Positions 1-8,201 of a stretch of DNA of 53,447 nt are shown here, piece by piece. Numbering within the stretch: position 1 is the first letter of the stretch; every line of letters starts with the position of its first letter. Source of the stretch: Clostridia bacterium (GTDB lineage Bacteria > Patescibacteriota > Microgenomatia > UM-FILTER-40-11). The notes beneath the pieces were generated by a model. It did no database searches. It was given only the letters and a program-made list of their open reading frames with translations, and was not told the DNA's origin. Location: contig DATKVU010000171.1 of NCBI GenBank assembly GCA_035529915.1, positions 1 to 53,447 of the forward strand. The letters run 5' to 3'. The position numbers were made by a program, and so were the translations under genes.

Positions 1-546
1 TTGGCTTTAGTTTTGATTTATTTGCTTTATAATCTTTCTTTAGTAAGAGAGCGAAAAACAAGAATGAAAAAATTGCATAAACCAAGCAAGAAGAAAACCT
101 CTTGGCTTTTTGGCGAACTTTTTTTCTGGTTAGCAATTTTAGTCGGCAGTGCCCAGGTGATTGTTCGTGCTTCGGGGCAATTGGCTCAGGTAATCCAGAT
201 TCCTCTTTTACTGGTGGGATTTTTCTTGCTGGCTTTGGGGACAACTCTGCCGGAAATGGTTGTCGGCCTGAGAGCAGCCGAAAGAAGAGCTTCAGGGATT
301 TTATTTGGCAATGCTTTAGGTAGCGTGGTGGTTAATTCTACTTTGGTTTTAGGGGTAGTAGCGATGATATCGCCCTTTAAAGCCGAACGGATGAACCACT
401 TAATTGTTTCTGGTCTTTTTTTACTTTTGGCTTTTTTGCTTCTCCCTTATTTCCTTCGTTCGAAAAAGAAGCTTGAAAGGCATGAGGGTTTTTTTTTGGG
501 TCTTATTTACCTGGGGTTTTTTCTGTTTGAGTTTTGGTTGAAATAA
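1..546 (+). CDS. C-terminal part of a Ca2+/cation antiporter (CaCA/YrbG-like) membrane protein; the 5' end lies outside the window
   Basis: ORF is open at base 1. The protein is hydrophobic, with alpha-repeat-like motifs GTTLPEMVVGL and GNALGSVVVNS. Stop is TAA at 544-546. Confidence 0.65.
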   Translation: MALVLIYLLYNLSLVRERKTRMKKLHKPSKKKTSWLFGELFFWLAILVGSAQVIVRASGQLAQVIQIPLLLVGFFLLALGTTLPEMVVGLRAAERRASGILFGNALGSVVVNSTLVLGVVAMISPFKAERMNHLIVSGLFLLLAFLLLPYFLRSKKKLERHEGFFLGLIYLGFFLFEFWLK

Positions 547-547
547 A

Positions 548-1849
548 ATGCAGCTGGTAGCTGATTTACATCTTCACAGTAAATACTCTCGAGCGGTCTC
601 CCGACAAATGACCTTGCTGCCAATGACCCAGTGGGCGGCTTTTAAGGGGATTGATTTGTTGGGGACTGGGGATTTTACCCATCCTTTGTGGTTTCGGGAG
701 CTGCAACTGAATTTAGTGGAGGAGGCTGAGGGAATCTATAGGTTAAAGGACCAGGGGCCAGAAAACAAACAGACAAAATTTTTACTGACAGCAGAAATTT
801 CCAGCATTTACTCGCAAGGAGGGAAAACCAGAAAAATTCATAATCTGGTTTTAGCTCCCAATTTCAAAGCAGTCGAGAAAATTAACCAAGAGCTTCTTAA
901 AAGAGGGGCCAACTTAATGGCTGATGGCCGGCCAATTGTCGGCCTAAGCGCCCGGGAATTACTTTCTTTGGTTTTGGGAGCAGACGAGAACTGTTTGTTA
1001 ATTCCGGCTCATATTTGGACTCCTTGGTTTTCGCTTTTTGGCGCTAATTCTGGTTTTGATTCAATAGAAGAATGCTTTGCCGATTTAGCCTCTCATATTT
1101 ATGCAATCGAGACTGGCTTGTCGAGCGATCCTTCAATGAATTGGGCGATTGCTGATTTGAAAAATCGCCAAATTGTTAGCTTTAGCGATGCTCACTCACC
1201 CCAAAATTTAGGCAGAGAAATGACAATCTTGGAAGTGCCAAAACTTTCTTATCCAGAGCTAGTCAAAGCTTTAAAGGGTGATTTAGAATCTTTGGCGATT
1301 CGAACAATCGAGTTTTATCCTGAGGAAGGAAAATATCATTATACCGGGCATCGCCAGTGTGGAGTAGTCCAATCGCCCCAGGAGACTGCCAGCAAAGGAG
1401 TTACTTGCCCTGTTTGCGGCAAGCGGCTGACAGTTGGCGTGATGCATCGGGTTGAACAATTAGCCGGTAAACCAATCCCCGAACCAGAGTTTAAAAGCGA
1501 TGATTTTGGAGTCAGGTGGATTTCTCGGGAAGGAAGGGGTTCATACACCAATTTGGTGCCTTTAGCTGAAATTATTGCCGAGGTAAAAAGTGTTGGTAAA
1601 TCAAGCAAAACTGTTTTAAATGAGTATAAAACTTTAGTAAACAACTTCAAAAGTGAATTGGAGGTTTTAACTAGAACAAAACCCGAAGAAGTTACTGCTT
1701 TTTCGGGCGAGAAACTGGCTGAAGGAATTGCCAAAGTTCGTAAGGGCGAGATTTTTATTCGTCCAGGCTTTGATGGAGAGTATGGACAAGTTTCAATTTG
1801 GCAATCAGAAACTCCGCAGTCGAGCAACGAGCAAATGGGCTTGTTTTGA
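548..1849 (+). CDS. Endonuclease Q-like PHP-domain protein
   Basis: N-terminus is DLHLHSKYSRAVS...GTGDFTHP. It has internal SDAHSP, a Zn-ribbon CPVCGKRLTVGVMHRV, and a C-terminal PGFDGEYG. The layout is collinear with archaeal and Bacillus EndoQ as I recall them. Confidence 0.75.
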   Translation: MQLVADLHLHSKYSRAVSRQMTLLPMTQWAAFKGIDLLGTGDFTHPLWFRELQLNLVEEAEGIYRLKDQGPENKQTKFLLTAEISSIYSQGGKTRKIHNLVLAPNFKAVEKINQELLKRGANLMADGRPIVGLSARELLSLVLGADENCLLIPAHIWTPWFSLFGANSGFDSIEECFADLASHIYAIETGLSSDPSMNWAIADLKNRQIVSFSDAHSPQNLGREMTILEVPKLSYPELVKALKGDLESLAIRTIEFYPEEGKYHYTGHRQCGVVQSPQETASKGVTCPVCGKRLTVGVMHRVEQLAGKPIPEPEFKSDDFGVRWISREGRGSYTNLVPLAEIIAEVKSVGKSSKTVLNEYKTLVNNFKSELEVLTRTKPEEVTAFSGEKLAEGIAKVRKGEIFIRPGFDGEYGQVSIWQSETPQSSNEQMGLF

Positions 1850-1925
1850 GAGTTTTCGCTGGTTGCATTTGCCTTTAGGGTTGTTTTACTATGGAAATAA
1901 AGAGGGAAAGGGGGTGATTAATTAA

Positions 1926-2255
1926 GTGGAAACTCAAAAAAGCACTTTTGGTTTAGACAAAAATGTGGTCATGGCTGCCTGTTATCTTGTGGGTTGGTTA
2001 ACGGGAATAGTTTTTTTTCTCTCGGAAAAAGAGGACCCGGATATTCGCTTTAATGCCATGCAAGCAATTGTTTTTTTTGGCGCTTTGAATATTTTGGCAA
2101 TTGTGCCTTTAATTGGTTGGATTCTTTCTCCTTTTATTATGTTGGTAGCCTTGGTGAGTTGGATTGTCCTTTTGGTCAAATCATATCAAGGAGAAACTTT
2201 AAAACTGCCGGTGGTAGGAGCCTGGGCCCAGAAATTGACAAAGAAATTTAGCTAA
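1926..2255 (+). CDS. Small membrane protein, DUF4870-like
   Basis: GTG start lies 9 nt after a GGGGGTGA Shine-Dalgarno. There are three hydrophobic segments and an FNAMQA motif. Confidence 0.6.
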   Translation: METQKSTFGLDKNVVMAACYLVGWLTGIVFFLSEKEDPDIRFNAMQAIVFFGALNILAIVPLIGWILSPFIMLVALVSWIVLLVKSYQGETLKLPVVGAWAQKLTKKFS

Positions 2256-2259
2256 GTTT

Positions 2260-2895
2260 ATGTTTAGAAACAGGAACGAGGCTGGAGAAAAACTGGCTGC
2301 TAAGCTGAAGGCAGAGTTAAGCCCTCAGGAGAAAAAAAACGCCCTGGTTTTGGCTATTCCCCGGGGCGGAATTATAATTGGGGACCAGATAAGACAAAAG
2401 CTAAAGCTGTCGCTGGATTGTTTAATCAGCAAAAAAATTCCTGCTCCAGGAAATCAAGAGCTGGCCATTGGGGCGGTTGGCGAAGGTGGAGTGGTGGTTT
2501 GGGAGGAAGGATTGGTTAACAGGCTGGGGATTTCTTTGGATTATAAAAAAGAGATTGTTAAAGAAAAAGTGGCTGAGCTGGAGAAAAAAGATAAAGACTT
2601 TCGCCAGGGAAAAGAAATTCCTCAAATGGAAGGCAAGAGCGTAATTTTGGCTGATGACGGCGTAGCGACCGGAGCAACTATTAAAGTAGCGATTAAGGTG
2701 ATAAGAAGCTATCGGCCGCAGGAAATTATTGTGGCCGTGCCAGTAATTGCTTTGGATAGTTTGCCGGCGATTAAAGAAGTTGCCGACAAAGTTGTTTATC
2801 TTGAGGCACCGGAAATGTTTTTCAGTGTTAACCAGTTTTATGAGGATTTTCAACAAATTAGTGATGAAGAGGCAAGAGAGATATTAAAAACATGA
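2260..2895 (+). CDS. Phosphoribosyltransferase-family protein
   Basis: PRPP-binding loop VILADDGVATGATI. The ORF is 211 aa. Confidence 0.7.
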   Translation: MFRNRNEAGEKLAAKLKAELSPQEKKNALVLAIPRGGIIIGDQIRQKLKLSLDCLISKKIPAPGNQELAIGAVGEGGVVVWEEGLVNRLGISLDYKKEIVKEKVAELEKKDKDFRQGKEIPQMEGKSVILADDGVATGATIKVAIKVIRSYRPQEIIVAVPVIALDSLPAIKEVADKVVYLEAPEMFFSVNQFYEDFQQISDEEAREILKT

Positions 2896-3455
2896 TTTTA
2901 ATTGTTGGCTTGGGTAATCCAGGGAAAAAATACGAAAAAACCCGCCATAATGTGGGTTTTATGGTTTTGGATAGTCTGCTTCAAAAATTAACTGCGGTTA
3001 AAGATACGGTTTGGAAAAAAAGGCCAAAGCTTAATTCACTGGTGGCCAAAGCAGGCAAGGAAATAATTTTGGCCAAGCCCCAAAGTTTTATGAATGCTTC
3101 TGGAAAACCAGTAGTCGGTCTAATGAAATTTTATAAAATTCCTGTCTTTGGTCTTTATTTGGTCCATGATGATGTAGATTTGCCCTTAGGAAAGATAAAA
3201 ATTAGTTCCAACCAAGGCTCAGCTGGGCACAGAGGAGTTGAATCAGTTATAAAAGCAATTGGCGGTAAAAACTTTGTTCGAGTGCGAGTCGGAATTGGCG
3301 AGGGTAAAAAGATTGCCACAGAGAAATTTGTTTTAAGCCCTTTTTTTTGGCGGGAAAGGGGAAAGCTTAATCAAGTAGTCAAAAAAGCAACTGAAGCAAT
3401 GGAAATGATTTTAAAGGAAGGAGTGGAACGGACAGCGGCAAGATATAACCAATGA
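2892..3455 (+). CDS. pth: Peptidyl-tRNA hydrolase
   Basis: N-terminus is LIVGLGNPGKKYEKTRHNVGF, with HDDVDLPLGK further in. The start forms an ATGA overlap with the upstream gene. Confidence 0.9.
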   Translation: MILIVGLGNPGKKYEKTRHNVGFMVLDSLLQKLTAVKDTVWKKRPKLNSLVAKAGKEIILAKPQSFMNASGKPVVGLMKFYKIPVFGLYLVHDDVDLPLGKIKISSNQGSAGHRGVESVIKAIGGKNFVRVRVGIGEGKKIATEKFVLSPFFWRERGKLNQVVKKATEAMEMILKEGVERTAARYNQ

Positions 3456-4630
3456 GAAAAAAACTTCTACCATTATTCTTAAGCCAATCATTTCGTTCAG
3501 TGGCAGTTTCTTTGCTATCATTTTTCTCTGCCATCTATATTTTCAAGAGTGTTTTAAATACCGGCAGTGGTGAAAAACAAGCATTTTTGGCGGTTTTCCT
3601 TTTCTATTTAGTTCTTTTTATTTTCAAATTTATTGGCGTTTCATTAGCCGAGGAATTGGCCTTAAAGTTTGGTCTTAAAAGACAAGTTTTCATTGGCCAG
3701 TTTTTAAATGCTTTAGCTATTTTGGCTTTTGTCGCTTCTCAAAGCCAATTTCTCTTTTTGTGGCTAGCTTCAGCTCTTTGGGGAGCGGCAATTGGCTTTT
3801 TTTGGTTTGGCTGGCATGGTCTTTTTATCAAAGACGGCTATGCAAGGGAATACGGGAAAGCTTTAGGCTTAGGGAGTTTATTGGAAACAAGTTTTTTGCT
3901 TTTAACTCCTTTTTTAGGAGGAGTCTTAATTGGCGTTTTTGGCTACCAAGCTTTGTTTTGGACCTCTTTCTTTTTTATCTTTTTAGGGGTTTTGGCCATC
4001 CTGACTACTTTTGATCAAAAGACTCATCATGATACCAGTCCTCAAGAAGTCTTGGGACTTTTTTGGACTCACAAAAGGATGACCCTTTCTTACCTAAGCA
4101 GCGGGATTTTGGGGGTGCTTTATTCCCCGGTTTTTATTCTATATGTCTTTTTCTTTCTCAAAAAAGAACTGGCTTTAGGGGGCTTTTTTTCTCTGTCAAT
4201 GATTGTGACGGCGATTGCCAACTACAGCATTGGTAAGCGCGTTGACCAAAAAGGCAAGCGGGACCTGATTGCTTATGGCTCTTACTTTTCTTTTTTAGCT
4301 TGGCTGGGTCGGTTTTTAGTAAGCGCGCCTTCAATCCTTTTTATTTTTGATGTCATTTACCGGCTGGCTGGGGGAATGTTAGGGATTCCTCTGGGTGTTT
4401 TGACCTATCAAAAGGCCCGCGATGGCCATTCCACTGGTCGGGCTCTGCTTTTTAGAGAATTGGCCATCACTTTAGGCTCTGTTTTGGCCTGTCTTTTACT
4501 GATTGTTTTTGTCCTAATGCAGCTGGAGCTTAGATATGTTTTCTTAGGCGGAGCAGGTTTTAGTCTTTTGCCGCTTTTAATTGTTCGTGAACGAGGAATT
4601 TATGGGGAGCCGAATGAATCAAGACAGTAA
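3452..4630 (+). CDS. Multi-pass membrane protein, MFS-transporter-like
   Basis: The ORF is 392 aa with about 10-12 hydrophobic segments. The start forms an ATGA overlap with pth. Confidence 0.55.
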   Translation: MRKKLLPLFLSQSFRSVAVSLLSFFSAIYIFKSVLNTGSGEKQAFLAVFLFYLVLFIFKFIGVSLAEELALKFGLKRQVFIGQFLNALAILAFVASQSQFLFLWLASALWGAAIGFFWFGWHGLFIKDGYAREYGKALGLGSLLETSFLLLTPFLGGVLIGVFGYQALFWTSFFFIFLGVLAILTTFDQKTHHDTSPQEVLGLFWTHKRMTLSYLSSGILGVLYSPVFILYVFFFLKKELALGGFFSLSMIVTAIANYSIGKRVDQKGKRDLIAYGSYFSFLAWLGRFLVSAPSILFIFDVIYRLAGGMLGIPLGVLTYQKARDGHSTGRALLFRELAITLGSVLACLLLIVFVLMQLELRYVFLGGAGFSLLPLLIVRERGIYGEPNESRQ

Positions 4631-4925
4631 AAAAAACCAGCCCAAGTCAATTGGTGACATTTTAAAGAAATTTGACCCCCTAAAAGACAAATATGTTTCC
4701 CGGGAGTTTCAAAAATATGGCTATGACCTAGCCATGGAGTTGGGCGACTTAAAACGCAAGTCTTTATACATTAAGCTAGCCAAAGAAGTGCCCAGAGCAA
4801 TCTTGGAAAAAGCCAGATATTTTGTCAAAGATGCCAATGCCAGGAGCAAGCCAAGACTCTTTATGTGGAAGCTAAAGCAACTTCGGGAGGAAGCTAAGCA
4901 GAAGAAAGCTCCAAATCAGGAATAA
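4602..4925 (+). CDS. Small basic hypothetical protein; start uncertain (TTG 4581, ATG 4602 or ATG 4614)
   Basis: Open frame with GAGGA and GGGGAG Shine-Dalgarno-like sequences ahead of the two ATGs. Its 3' end overlaps the convergent gene by 32 nt. Confidence 0.45.
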   Translation: MGSRMNQDSKKNQPKSIGDILKKFDPLKDKYVSREFQKYGYDLAMELGDLKRKSLYIKLAKEVPRAILEKARYFVKDANARSKPRLFMWKLKQLREEAKQKKAPNQE

Positions 4926-6399
4926 TGAAATCCTCAACTAGACTAGGATAGACTTCCATAGAACAAAAATTAGGATTTAATAACCTGGCGGTTTTTTTAA
5001 GGTCAAAGCCGGTTTCCTGATAGATAAAGTTTAGGAAAGCAGGCCAACCTTTCATGGCCGGGCCTTGTTGCGTTTCCGCCATCAGCCCAATCAATCTATC
5101 CAGTCTGTCTTCATCATGTAAAAACTCATAAAGCTCAGGGAAAAAGCCTTGTGGGTCAATAAAGCCGGTTCCAAAAGCGGGAAGACTGGTAGGGTTTTCT
5201 CCTCTGGATAGCATTCTTATCAGGCCTAAGCTTGGATCTCCATTAATGCCTTTTTTTAAGGCTGTCAGTAATCTATTACTGACTATTTCCAGAGATTCTT
5301 TATTTTTTATAACTAGTTTTGGGGTTTTAGCAATGGGGTAGACAATTTCCGTTGCAAACCATTCAGACAATTGTTTGGCTATGTTCATAATTTCTTCTTT
5401 TTTTCTGTTATTTAATCGACAGAGCAATTGCCTCCATTGAAAATTTTCTTTTTTTCCAAAATCGGCGAGTGGCAATTGGTCTTGCCATGTCCAGGTTCTA
5501 AATTCATGCAAGAAGTGATAGAAGCTTTCTGCAATGGAAGAGGTAGGAAAAGCAAGTGCCGGCCAATGGTAAACTATCGGTTTTAGGTTTTTGCGTTTAG
5601 TTTTGGATGAATGGCCCTCTAGAGAATAAGCGAAATGATTGTATTTTTTTCTTTCTGGAAACAGGTCAATTAAGGCACCAATAAAATTGTCTACATTATT
5701 CATTGGAATTAGTAGGATATGGGGGCAATCTCTTCTTGATAAAGCAAATTCCAAAAAAGTTAAGTTTGGCAGGTATTGACCATCACGCTCAGGGAAAGAA
5801 ATTTGCGCCTTAGAGTACCCATTGTCCCTTATTTCAACTATTTTAAAATTTCTCCAGCAAGATTGCTTAACTTCAGACTTAAGATCCTTTCCTTCTGGGA
5901 GGTCCAGTCTAATCAGCGACTCGATTAATTCTTCGCTAACTTTTGGGTTATGTACTACTGCCACAACATCATTATCAATAAAGCTTGAATTTAGATTTCT
6001 TTTATGACTTGGTTTTTCTCCACTTATTTCATCTACTGATCCAGAAGTCAGAAAAAAACTTATTCCAACTTCAAGCTGTTGAAACCTTCTATAAATTGAT
6101 TTAATTATTTTTCCAGTATTAGTAAGAATTGGTTGTCCTTTGTTTTCGGAGCAGATTCCTATAATTTGTTGTGGTGGAATAATGGTGACTTCGACTTTTC
6201 CTTGATTTAAATTGACGCAAAATTTATTAGTTTTGTCTCTTATCAGGATGGATTTTTCAGAAATACTTTTGAGAAAAGCTCTTTCTTTGTCTTTATTAAG
6301 AAGTATGGAGAGGTGTCCAAAGCCCTTTTTTTCAAGATCTGCAACTTGAGAAACGGTGTAGGACCGCTGTCTCAATTGGCGGCCAAGCCGATTTGTCAC
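4894..6399 (-). CDS. Uncharacterised 501-aa protein; partner of module 1 and distant paralog of 8198..9811
   Basis: Long ORF with a GTG start and no motif I recognise. Its C-terminal ~300 aa share collinear anchors with the 537-aa protein: DCPHILLI, HWPAL, VYPIAKTPKL, AFGTG. Confidence 0.7.
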   Translation of the reverse strand: MTNRLGRQLRQRSYTVSQVADLEKKGFGHLSILLNKDKERAFLKSISEKSILIRDKTNKFCVNLNQGKVEVTIIPPQQIIGICSENKGQPILTNTGKIIKSIYRRFQQLEVGISFFLTSGSVDEISGEKPSHKRNLNSSFIDNDVVAVVHNPKVSEELIESLIRLDLPEGKDLKSEVKQSCWRNFKIVEIRDNGYSKAQISFPERDGQYLPNLTFLEFALSRRDCPHILLIPMNNVDNFIGALIDLFPERKKYNHFAYSLEGHSSKTKRKNLKPIVYHWPALAFPTSSIAESFYHFLHEFRTWTWQDQLPLADFGKKENFQWRQLLCRLNNRKKEEIMNIAKQLSEWFATEIVYPIAKTPKLVIKNKESLEIVSNRLLTALKKGINGDPSLGLIRMLSRGENPTSLPAFGTGFIDPQGFFPELYEFLHDEDRLDRLIGLMAETQQGPAMKGWPAFLNFIYQETGFDLKKTARLLNPNFCSMEVYPSLVEDFIIPDLELSSA

Positions 6400-6442
6400 A
6401 TTTTTGCTTATCCTTTCTATGTTCGGAGAATAGTTGGTAGAA

Positions 6443-6482
6443 GTAAGAAAAAGTTAAGGCGAGGGTAAGAATCTTGTAAGTA
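6443..6482. promoter_or_regulatory. Four GTAAGAA-like direct repeats at about 11-bp phasing, between the module-1 regulator and its partner gene
   Basis: GTAAGAA at 6443, GTTAAGG at 6453, GTAAGAA at 6465 and GTAAGTA at 6476. An AAGAAT...ATTCTT inverted repeat overlaps them. Confidence 0.5.
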
Positions 6483-6499
6483 TTCTTATTTAGCAAGAA

Positions 6500-7768
6500 C
6501 TAGCTTAACCAGCGATAGCCTCGACCCTTGATTGTTTGAATGCTATTTGGTGAAATACCCATTTTTTCAAGCTTCTTCCTTAATAAAGAAATTGTTTGGT
6601 CGATTGCCCAATCAGAATATTTCTGATAGCTATCTTTACCCCAAAGGATTTCTGAAATTTTGTCCCTTGTAATTATTTGGTTCTTGTTTTTCAACAAGGC
6701 CTCCAAAAGTCTGTATTCATTGAGGGTAACTGTTTCTTTCACAGGTAATTCGTTAACAAGAAATTCTCCGGTTTGTTCTGACATTGAAAGACTCTTTTTT
6801 TCCATTTTTTGGTTTTTCACAAAATTTTTGAAGATGGGAGAAAATAGGGTCCATTTATTGCTATGAAATTGAACTACTTTTAAGTTCTCCAAATAATTTG
6901 AAAGTAGATTTTTTGAGGGAGTGTTGCCTGTTACTATTTGGTAAAGAAAGCTCTTTTCTTCTCGAGTAAAAGCCTTCCAAATATCTTCCAGAACAATTTT
7001 TGTTTCCCATTGGCTCACAAGGAAATCAAAAATTTCTTTTTTTGTTTGAAACTTACTCCAGCTTATTAGTTTTAAGCATGTTTTTGTTAATCCTGGGTGA
7101 CCACCGCACAAATCCACGATTGCATTTTTTTGTTTTTCGTTCACCCTATATGCGTATTGACGAACTAAATATTCGGTTGAAAATTTAGAGTCGGCTTTAG
7201 AAAAAAGAGGGGAGTAAATGATATCTTGGATTATTAGCTCTCTCAATCTGCCAAGCTTTTGGATTTCCTTTTGATTGACCATGCTTCTTGTAATTGGGAA
7301 AATAAATTGTATTTTATTTTTGTTTGACTGCCAAAGATTAAAGAGATTATTGAAGAAGTAAAGGGGGTAATCAATTCTCGAAAAACCTTCCAAGATGAAA
7401 ATTATTTTGTCAAATTTTTCTAGACTCTTTTTGCACTTTTCTTTCAAGGAAATAAACGCCATTGCTGTTTCCTCTTCATTTAATCTGCTGCCGTCAAGTC
7501 TATAAATCATGAGCTTGAAGTAACTTTCTGGGTTATTTTCCGTCAGTTCGTCGAGACTTACGTAAACAATTTTATATTTACCGAGTTTGTTGAAGCCTAA
7601 AATGTCTGCATATTGCGTCAGAAAAATCATCTGTCTTATTCCTCCTCCGTGGGGTAACCAAACGATGCTTATGCTTTCTCCTTTTACAAGCGTGGCGAGA
7701 ATTTGGTCCGTGAAGAAGTGCTTTTCGGTTTCGGGAGTTAGAATATGCTGGATTTTTTTCTTTGGCAT
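6500..7768 (-). CDS. Regulator with an N-terminal STAND/AAA-like domain (degenerate P-loop) and a C-terminal OmpR/PhoB-type winged helix
   Basis: The C-terminus LTLNEYRLLEALL...ISEILWG...AIDQTISLLRKKL...IQTIKGRGYRW is typical of the trans_reg_C domain. The N-terminal half has HGGGIRQ, IIFILEGF and GGHPGL motifs. Confidence 0.75.
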   Translation of the reverse strand: MPKKKIQHILTPETEKHFFTDQILATLVKGESISIVWLPHGGGIRQMIFLTQYADILGFNKLGKYKIVYVSLDELTENNPESYFKLMIYRLDGSRLNEEETAMAFISLKEKCKKSLEKFDKIIFILEGFSRIDYPLYFFNNLFNLWQSNKNKIQFIFPITRSMVNQKEIQKLGRLRELIIQDIIYSPLFSKADSKFSTEYLVRQYAYRVNEKQKNAIVDLCGGHPGLTKTCLKLISWSKFQTKKEIFDFLVSQWETKIVLEDIWKAFTREEKSFLYQIVTGNTPSKNLLSNYLENLKVVQFHSNKWTLFSPIFKNFVKNQKMEKKSLSMSEQTGEFLVNELPVKETVTLNEYRLLEALLKNKNQIITRDKISEILWGKDSYQKYSDWAIDQTISLLRKKLEKMGISPNSIQTIKGRGYRWLS

Positions 7769-7835
7769 AGCAATTCTGATTATCTTGGCCGCATTTTAGC
7801 AAAAATCTATATACATATCAAATATATCTCAGGAA

Positions 7836-7864
7836 TTTCAGAAATATTTCAGAAATATTTCAAG
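7836..7864. promoter_or_regulatory. Tandem 11-bp direct repeat (TTTCAGAAATA, 2.6 copies) in the divergent promoter region upstream of regulator 6500..7768
   Basis: The 11-mers at 7836-7846 and 7847-7857 are identical, and a partial copy runs 7858-7864. Confidence 0.5.
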
Positions 7865-7910
7865 CAAGAGGGTGAATTGCTAGATAGAATAGCAGTTAAA
7901 AGGAGACAGA

Positions 7911-8201
7911 ATGCTAAAAAATAGCAGTGCCAGCAGTTTTGTGGTTGATTTAAGCTTTCTTTTTACTAAGCTTAAAGTTGCCTATTCAACGGAAAATCGC
8001 TCTTGTGAGCGAAAGTACTTGGTGGAGGCGAAAAAAGAAGGGGAGGAAATAAGGCTGGCGGAGGATTTTTTTCCGGCCAAGAAGAAGGCAAAGAAATTTA
8101 GCTTTCCTTTTGAGCTTTTCTATTATCTTTTTAAAAGTATAAAGCAAGTTTTTGGAATACTTTTGACGAAGCTAAAGGCAATCTTAGGATTGATTATTTA
8201 A
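7911..8201 (+). CDS. Small hypothetical protein (96 aa) with a hydrophobic C-terminus
   Basis: ATG lies 7 nt after an AAGGAG Shine-Dalgarno. The gene is divergent from the regulator, and its 3' end overlaps the convergent gene by 4 nt. Confidence 0.4.
   Translation: MLKNSSASSFVVDLSFLFTKLKVAYSTENRSCERKYLVEAKKEGEEIRLAEDFFPAKKKAKKFSFPFELFYYLFKSIKQVFGILLTKLKAILGLII

Noticed and set aside
1339-1827. Long antisense ORFs inside well-supported genes (for example 1339..1827, 2422..2856, 14885..15409, 15550..15939, 27291..27737, 33440..33895).
   Set aside because: They are shadow frames opposite conserved protein genes (EndoQ-like, PRTase, gdh, rpsA, rho). They have no start context and biased, low-complexity composition.
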